From: Pseudohongiellaceae bacterium
GTDB lineage: Bacteria; Pseudomonadota; Gammaproteobacteria; Pseudomonadales; Pseudohongiellaceae
Length of the DNA stretch: 64,000 nucleotides
NCBI GenBank assembly: GCA_965662685.1
Contig: CBFIIQ010000010.1
Span: 10,148 to 74,147, forward strand
Direction of reading: 5' to 3'
Below are positions 59,112 through 64,000 of this stretch, one piece after another. The notes beneath the pieces are model-generated. The model saw nothing but the letters and a program-made list of their open reading frames with translations. It searched no databases and was not told where the DNA came from. Numbering within the stretch: position 1 is the stretch's first letter; every line of letters starts with the position of its first letter. Made by a program: the position numbers and the translations under genes.

Positions 59112-60785
59112 ATGTCACAACCATCAGATATTGAAATTGCACAGCAAGCCACTCCCCAGCCCATTGGTGAAATTGGCCAAAAACTCGAAATTCCTCAAGA
59201 CGCACTGCTGCAGTATGGCCCTTTCAAGGCCAAAATTGATTACGGCTTTCTGCGCGCCCAAAAAGATAAACCCAATGGCAAGCTGATTCTGGTAACGGCG
59301 ATCTCACCAACTCCTGCCGGTGAAGGCAAAACCACGACCACCGTTGGCCTGGGTGATGCTCTGAGCAAAATTGGCAAAAAAACGGCCATCTGCCTGCGTG
59401 AACCAAGCCTCGGCCCCTGTTTTGGCATGAAAGGTGGCGCCGCCGGTGGCGGTTACGCCCAGGTGGTTCCAATGGAAGATATCAACCTGCATTTTACTGG
59501 CGATTTTCACGCCATCGGTGCAGCCCATAACCTGCTTTCTGCCATGCTGGATAATCACATTCATCATTCCAATGAACTCGGTATTGATGTACGTCGTGTC
59601 AGCTGGCGCCGCGTTGTTGATATGAATGACCGTGCTCTGCGCGATATCGCGCTGGCTCTGGGCGGACCGGGTAATGGCTTCCCACGCCAAAGCGGTTTCG
59701 ACATTACTGTGGCTTCTGAAATTATGGCTATTTTCTGCCTTGCCACTGACCTGGAAGACCTGCGTAATCGTATTGGCAAAATCGTCGTCGCTACAACCCG
59801 TGACCTTAAACCTGTTACCGCAAAAGATATCAAGGCCGATGGTGCCATGACTGCGTTATTAAAAGACGCGATGATGCCAAACCTGGTCCAGACACTCGAA
59901 GGTACTCCTGCATTTGTTCACGGTGGTCCATTCGCCAATATCGCTCATGGTTGTAACTCAGTTATGGCTACCACCTCAGGCCTCAAGCTGGCTGATTATG
60001 TGGTAACAGAAGCAGGCTTTGGTGCTGATCTGGGTGCTCAGAAATTCTTCGATATCAAGTGTCGCAAGACCGGCCTGAAACCCGATGCCGTTGCTATTGT
60101 TGCCACAGTACGTGCGTTAAAAATGCATGGCGGCGTAGCGAAAACTGAACTTAAAGGCGAAAATCTCGAGGCTCTGGCCAAGGGCATGTGCAACCTTGAA
60201 CGTCATATCAGCAATGTTGGCAAGTACGGTGTACCTGCCGTTGTAGCCATTAACCGCTTTACTGATGATACGGATGCTGAAATCGAGCTGATTCGATCAA
60301 CCTGTGAAGGGCTTGGCGCAAAAGTTATTGCCTGCACTCACTGGTCTGATGGCGGAGAAGGTACTGTTGATCTTGCCAAAGCTATTGTCGACATCGTTGA
60401 TAATCAGGAGAGCAATTTCACCACACTGTATCCGGATGACATGTCTCTTTGGGAAAAAACACGCACCATTGCCAAGGAAATTTATGGTGCCGAAGATATT
60501 ATTGCTGATGACAAAGTTCGCAAGCAGTACGATCATCTGCAAGCCCTGTATCCAAATTTCCCTGTCTGTATGGCAAAAACACAATACAGCTTCTCCACTG
60601 ACCCTGCACTGATAGGCGCTCCAAGTGGTCATGTTGTTGGTGTTCGTGAACTTCGGCTATCAGCTGGCGCTGAATTTGTAGTCGCTGTCTGTGGTGACAT
60701 CATGATTATGCCTGGGCTGCCAAAAGTACCGGCAGCAGAAGGCATTTCTGTCAACGCCGAAGGTCAGATCGAAGGCCTGTTCTGA
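59112..60785 (+). CDS. fhs: formate--tetrahydrofolate ligase
   Basis: [16 protein letters not shown]-loop. Start at the ATG following an AAGGA Shine-Dalgarno. Confidence 0.95.
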   Translation: MSQPSDIEIAQQATPQPIGEIGQKLEIPQDALLQYGPFKAKIDYGFLRAQKDKPNGKLILVTAISPTPAGEGKTTTTVGLGDALSKIGKKTAICLREPSLGPCFGMKGGAAGGGYAQVVPMEDINLHFTGDFHAIGAAHNLLSAMLDNHIHHSNELGIDVRRVSWRRVVDMNDRALRDIALALGGPGNGFPRQSGFDITVASEIMAIFCLATDLEDLRNRIGKIVVATTRDLKPVTAKDIKADGAMTALLKDAMMPNLVQTLEGTPAFVHGGPFANIAHGCNSVMATTSGLKLADYVVTEAGFGADLGAQKFFDIKCRKTGLKPDAVAIVATVRALKMHGGVAKTELKGENLEALAKGMCNLERHISNVGKYGVPAVVAINRFTDDTDAEIELIRSTCEGLGAKVIACTHWSDGGEGTVDLAKAIVDIVDNQESNFTTLYPDDMSLWEKTRTIAKEIYGAEDIIADDKVRKQYDHLQALYPNFPVCMAKTQYSFSTDPALIGAPSGHVVGVRELRLSAGAEFVVAVCGDIMIMPGLPKVPAAEGISVNAEGQIEGLF

Positions 60786-60803
60786 TCTGACAGCTTTATC
60801 AGT

Positions 60804-60835
60804 AAAAAAACCGGCGCATTGACGCCGGTTTTTTT
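60804..60835 (+). terminator. intrinsic terminator
   Basis: A7, CCGGCG-CATTGA-CGCCGG stem-loop, then T7. Confidence 0.85.
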
Positions 60836-60861
60836 ATGCCTGTGAATTCATGTTTTAGACC

Positions 60862-60885
60862 AATGTTGGGATATTTCCCAACATT
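60862..60885. promoter_or_regulatory. perfect 10-bp inverted repeat AATGTTGGGA-TATT-TCCCAACATT
   Basis: Read directly from the sequence. It lies 30 nt upstream of the candidate -35 of the following gene. Confidence 0.4.
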
Positions 60886-60915
60886 AGTCATACAAAAGTT
60901 TAGCAGTTAACATTG

Positions 60916-60944
60916 TTGACACTTGTACTACCCTTTGCTTAACT
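60916..60944 (+). promoter_or_regulatory. candidate sigma70 promoter TTGACA-N17-TTAACT
   Basis: Perfect -35, a 17-nt spacer and a 4/6 match at -10. It lies 28-40 nt before the TTG/GTG starts. Confidence 0.4.
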
Positions 60945-60971
60945 GTTCCAAAACATAAAAACAAAGTCAGC

Positions 60972-62459
60972 TTGAGGAAACACGTGACTGCTATCCAGAC
61001 ACTTTTGGGAGAAATAGATACTTTCTGCAAACAGCGAAAAATCTCAAAATCAACTTTTGGCCTGCGTGTTGTCAATGACGGCAAGCTTGTTAACAGACTC
61101 AGGGATGGAAAGGGAGTCACGCTAAAAACAATTACCCGAATTCAGGACTACCTGGACAAAAATACTGCTCATGAAGATGATCGGCAGGACATAGAAAGAA
61201 ATACAGATCATAAAAATAATATAGGGGGAAACATCATGGCGGCTACAAAAAATGCAAAAGCAAAAATAACTAAAGCAAAGTTAAATCCCGCAAAAGCCAA
61301 AACCGGCAGCGTGAAAAAAAAGAAAAAACCTGACGATAAAACCCCTTTCCGCTTTTACGACAATCGCCAGAACTACCTTGCGTTTATCAATACCTGTAAC
61401 GAAAAATCGGCTATTTCACAGCGTATTGCCAAAGAGTTTCAGTATGTTCAGCCCAGTCCGCCGGCTTTTCGCATGTTCGATGCAGGCATGGGTGATGCCA
61501 CGGTTTTATCCAACTGTATGCGTTACCTGCATCACAAGCATCCGACAGTGCCGCATTTTATCGTTGCCAAAGAAATCAGCATGGAGGATGTGCGTATTGG
61601 CCTGGATAAAATGATAGATCGTTTCAGCGAACACCCCGCAACAATCCTTGTCCTGACCAATCTTAATTATGCAGAAGCCCCGAAACTAATGCCTCGCGAT
61701 GTGCTTACCGCCAATGCAATGAACTGGCGTGAGGTCAAACTGGAAGGCACTAATGCCTATAATTATCGTGAACAGCTGGAAAGCCTGCATGACATGTTTG
61801 CAGAAGGCTGGGAAACACAAACCAGCAAAATTTCTGGTAACCCTGTCTTCAAGCGGCCATCAGTCGTTGTCATCTATCGGGAAGATCACCGAATATTGCT
61901 CGACGCAGTAATTCCTCGTCCCGGCATTCAGAATTGGAATTATGACTTTATTCTGGCTTCACAGCCCTGGCGCGCGACTACCTCGGCCAAGTTCAAGGCA
62001 GAAAAAATTATTGCCCCACTGGCCCGTTCTCTGGCCCCCGGCGGCAGACTGCTGGCAATTCAATCCTGCGGCAAGGATCCAGCAGCTGAACTGGTAAAAC
62101 AGTTCTGGCCTGAGCTGAATCCTTTTCCGGTTACACGGCATGATATTTTGAAAGAAACCAAAAAAGCCCTTGGGCGTGATGCCCGTGATTATAATATCAA
62201 GGAAATGTCAGATGCTCGCTCCCTGGTCAAATACCGTATGCATGCACTGCCCTCTGAAATCGGTGGCGCCAACATAGGGACATCCACCCTGTTTGCAGCC
62301 TGGAATGCTTCTGTTTATGTTAATCAGATTGAGGATGAACGGGTCGAGGAAGTCATCAAAGGGGGGAGTTATCTTGATGCGACGGCGAAAATCCTCAACA
62401 AGCATGGTGGACTTTGGTTCAACGATGAAACCTTTGTCATAAGTAAAGGTAAAAATTAA
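60972..62459 (+). CDS. hypothetical fusion protein: N-terminal HTH-like region, Lys/Ala-rich histone-H1-like linker, class I methyltransferase-like fold
   Basis: The ORF is open from TTG 60972. GTG 60984 has a GAGGA Shine-Dalgarno, and the in-frame ATG 61236 has a GGGGGA Shine-Dalgarno. Motifs seen are FDAGMGDATVL (motif I-like) and LAPGGRLLAIQ. No family name recognised. Confidence 0.6.
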   Translation: MRKHVTAIQTLLGEIDTFCKQRKISKSTFGLRVVNDGKLVNRLRDGKGVTLKTITRIQDYLDKNTAHEDDRQDIERNTDHKNNIGGNIMAATKNAKAKITKAKLNPAKAKTGSVKKKKKPDDKTPFRFYDNRQNYLAFINTCNEKSAISQRIAKEFQYVQPSPPAFRMFDAGMGDATVLSNCMRYLHHKHPTVPHFIVAKEISMEDVRIGLDKMIDRFSEHPATILVLTNLNYAEAPKLMPRDVLTANAMNWREVKLEGTNAYNYREQLESLHDMFAEGWETQTSKISGNPVFKRPSVVVIYREDHRILLDAVIPRPGIQNWNYDFILASQPWRATTSAKFKAEKIIAPLARSLAPGGRLLAIQSCGKDPAAELVKQFWPELNPFPVTRHDILKETKKALGRDARDYNIKEMSDARSLVKYRMHALPSEIGGANIGTSTLFAAWNASVYVNQIEDERVEEVIKGGSYLDATAKILNKHGGLWFNDETFVISKGKN

Positions 62460-62659
62460 CCTGAAGCAACACGCTACTCAGCAAGCAAACACGGCAAAAC
62501 CTTATTCCTCAGGCCGAACCCGGCCTGGGGAAAGGTTCTTGATAATTACCTGAGTGCCACCCAAACCGACAGTTCCTGCCTCTGTGGTTGTGACCTGAAA
62601 GCATAGCAAGTATCATTCGCGCCTCAATTATTCGCTATTTTTCAGAATCAGGATTCAAA

Positions 62660-64000
62660 TTGAGCAACCGCAAAATCCTCGTCACAAATGCCCTGCCCTT
62701 TGCCAACGGTCCTATCCACCTGGGTCATCTGCTGGGTTATATTCAGGCCGATATCTGGGTGCGCTTTCAACGCATGGCTGGCAACAAGGTTTCCTATGTC
62801 TGTGCTGACGATACCCATGGCACAGCCATCATGCTCAGTGCTGAAAGAGAAGGCATCCCACCCGAGGAATTAATTGCCAGAGTCAATCAGGAACATGCCC
62901 GTGACTTTGCCGGTTTTCATGTTGACTTCGATATTTACTACACCACCCATTCCGATGAAAACCGGGAACAGGCCGAACTGATTTATCAGCGCCTGAAAGA
63001 GGCAGACAAGATTGCCCAGCGCTCTATTACCCAGCTCTTTGATCCGGAAAAGAAAATGTTTCTTTCGGATCGTTTTATTAAGGGTGATTGCCCAAAGTGT
63101 GGCACACCGGATCAGTACGGGGATAACTGCGAATCCTGCTCATCTACCTATGATGCAACAGATCTGAAAAATCCCTACTCCACCATCTCGGGAGCCACAC
63201 CGGTAGAAAAAGAAAGTACCCATTTCTTTTTTAAACTACCTGAATTTTCCGACATGCTGAAACAGTGGACACGCAGCGGCGTGCTTGCGCCACAGGTAGC
63301 CAACAAACTGGCGGAGTGGCTTGATGCTGGTTTACAGGAATGGGATATCAGCAGGGACGCACCCTATTTTGGGTTTGAAATACCCGGGGAAAGCGGCAAG
63401 TATTTTTATGTCTGGCTTGATGCCCCTATCGGCTATATGGCGAGTTTCAAAAAACTTTGTGCGTCACGGGATGATTTGATCTTCGATGACTACTGGAGCA
63501 AGGATGCCAGCAGCGAGCTCTATCATTTCATTGGCAAGGACATAATTAATTTTCATGCCCTGTTCTGGCCAGCCATGCTGGAAACCGCAAATTTTAAAAA
63601 ACCGGACCTGATCAGTGTGAACGGTTTCCTTACGGTGAATGGTCAGAAGATGTCCAAGTCACGCGGCACTTTCATAATGGCCCAAACCTACCTGGATTAT
63701 CTTAACCCTGAATATCTGCGCTATTACTTTGCCGCCAAGCTCAGCAGCACCCCGGAGGACCTCGATTTAAACCTTGAAGATTTTGCCCAACGGGTGAATT
63801 CCGATGTGGTTGGTAAAGTAGTCAATATTGCCAGCCGTTGCGCAGGCTTTATCAACAAGAATTTTTCCGGCACCCTGGGCACGACCCTTGCTGTGCCTGA
63901 ACTGATAGCGGAGTTTCAAAAAACCGGTGATGAGATAGCGGCCTTGTTTGAAGCTCGCGAATTTTCCAAAGCTATACGACTCATTATGTCCCTTGCAGAC
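62660..64000 (+). CDS. metG: methionine--tRNA ligase, 3' end beyond the window
   Basis: TTG start with AGGA Shine-Dalgarno. PIHLGHLLG (HIGH), CPKCG..CESC zinc knuckle and KMSKS motifs. The frame stays open to base 64000. Confidence 0.95.
   Translation, partial: MSNRKILVTNALPFANGPIHLGHLLGYIQADIWVRFQRMAGNKVSYVCADDTHGTAIMLSAEREGIPPEELIARVNQEHARDFAGFHVDFDIYYTTHSDENREQAELIYQRLKEADKIAQRSITQLFDPEKKMFLSDRFIKGDCPKCGTPDQYGDNCESCSSTYDATDLKNPYSTISGATPVEKESTHFFFKLPEFSDMLKQWTRSGVLAPQVANKLAEWLDAGLQEWDISRDAPYFGFEIPGESGKYFYVWLDAPIGYMASFKKLCASRDDLIFDDYWSKDASSELYHFIGKDIINFHALFWPAMLETANFKKPDLISVNGFLTVNGQKMSKSRGTFIMAQTYLDYLNPEYLRYYFAAKLSSTPEDLDLNLEDFAQRVNSDVVGKVVNIASRCAGFINKNFSGTLGTTLAVPELIAEFQKTGDEIAALFEAREFSKAIRLIMSLAD

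Noticed and set aside
1-64000. Mobile elements, prophage remnants, toxin-antitoxin pairs and known defence systems.
   Set aside because: No transposase, integrase, recombinase, phage structural, restriction, Cas, cyclase/effector or TA-like gene pairs were recognisable in any frame. No tRNA that could serve as an integration site was seen, and no long terminal inverted or direct repeats.

Overview
This window looks like core chromosome from a gammaproteobacterium. The calls rest on motif recognition and conserved synteny, namely ffh-ypjD-yfjD, rpsP-rimM-trmD-rplS and hom-thrC. About 55 genes are densely packed. They include a complete ccmABCDEFGHI cytochrome c maturation operon, dcd, recJ, an HtrA-type protease, hom-thrC, dsbC and the rpsP-rimM-trmD-rplS operon. 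Further along are ffh, fdhD, the NAD-linked formate dehydrogenase genes fdsGBA with mobA, an M16 peptidase and a quinohemoprotein PQQ alcohol dehydrogenase. These are followed by a carotenoid/stilbene-type oxygenase, a macA-macB-OMF efflux operon, trpD, folD, a DsbD-family reductase, fhs and the 5' part of metG. I found no rRNA, tRNA, CRISPR array, transposase, integrase or recognisable defence system. The window is therefore mostly ordinary housekeeping DNA with a strong periplasmic-redox and C1/formate flavour. Four things are not explained by standard annotation. (1) A family of heptanucleotide tandem arrays sharing a CTTGYNN unit sits at two intergenic loci, including a perfect (GTCACAA)x10. 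(2) A two-gene module encoding a secreted single-heme beta-propeller protein and a c551-type cytochrome is inserted between fdhD and fdsGBA. (3) A single-gene insertion between fhs and metG encodes a fusion of an HTH-like domain, a Lys/Ala-rich tail and a methyltransferase-like domain, with its own promoter and inverted repeat. (4) An uncharacterised secreted CXXCH protein is clustered with an alpha/beta hydrolase and a DsbD-like reductase. None of these can be shown to be a new system from sequence alone, so they are offered as candidates. Product calls come from remembered family motifs, not from database searches. Start codons were refined only where a Shine-Dalgarno sequence or signal peptide supports the change.
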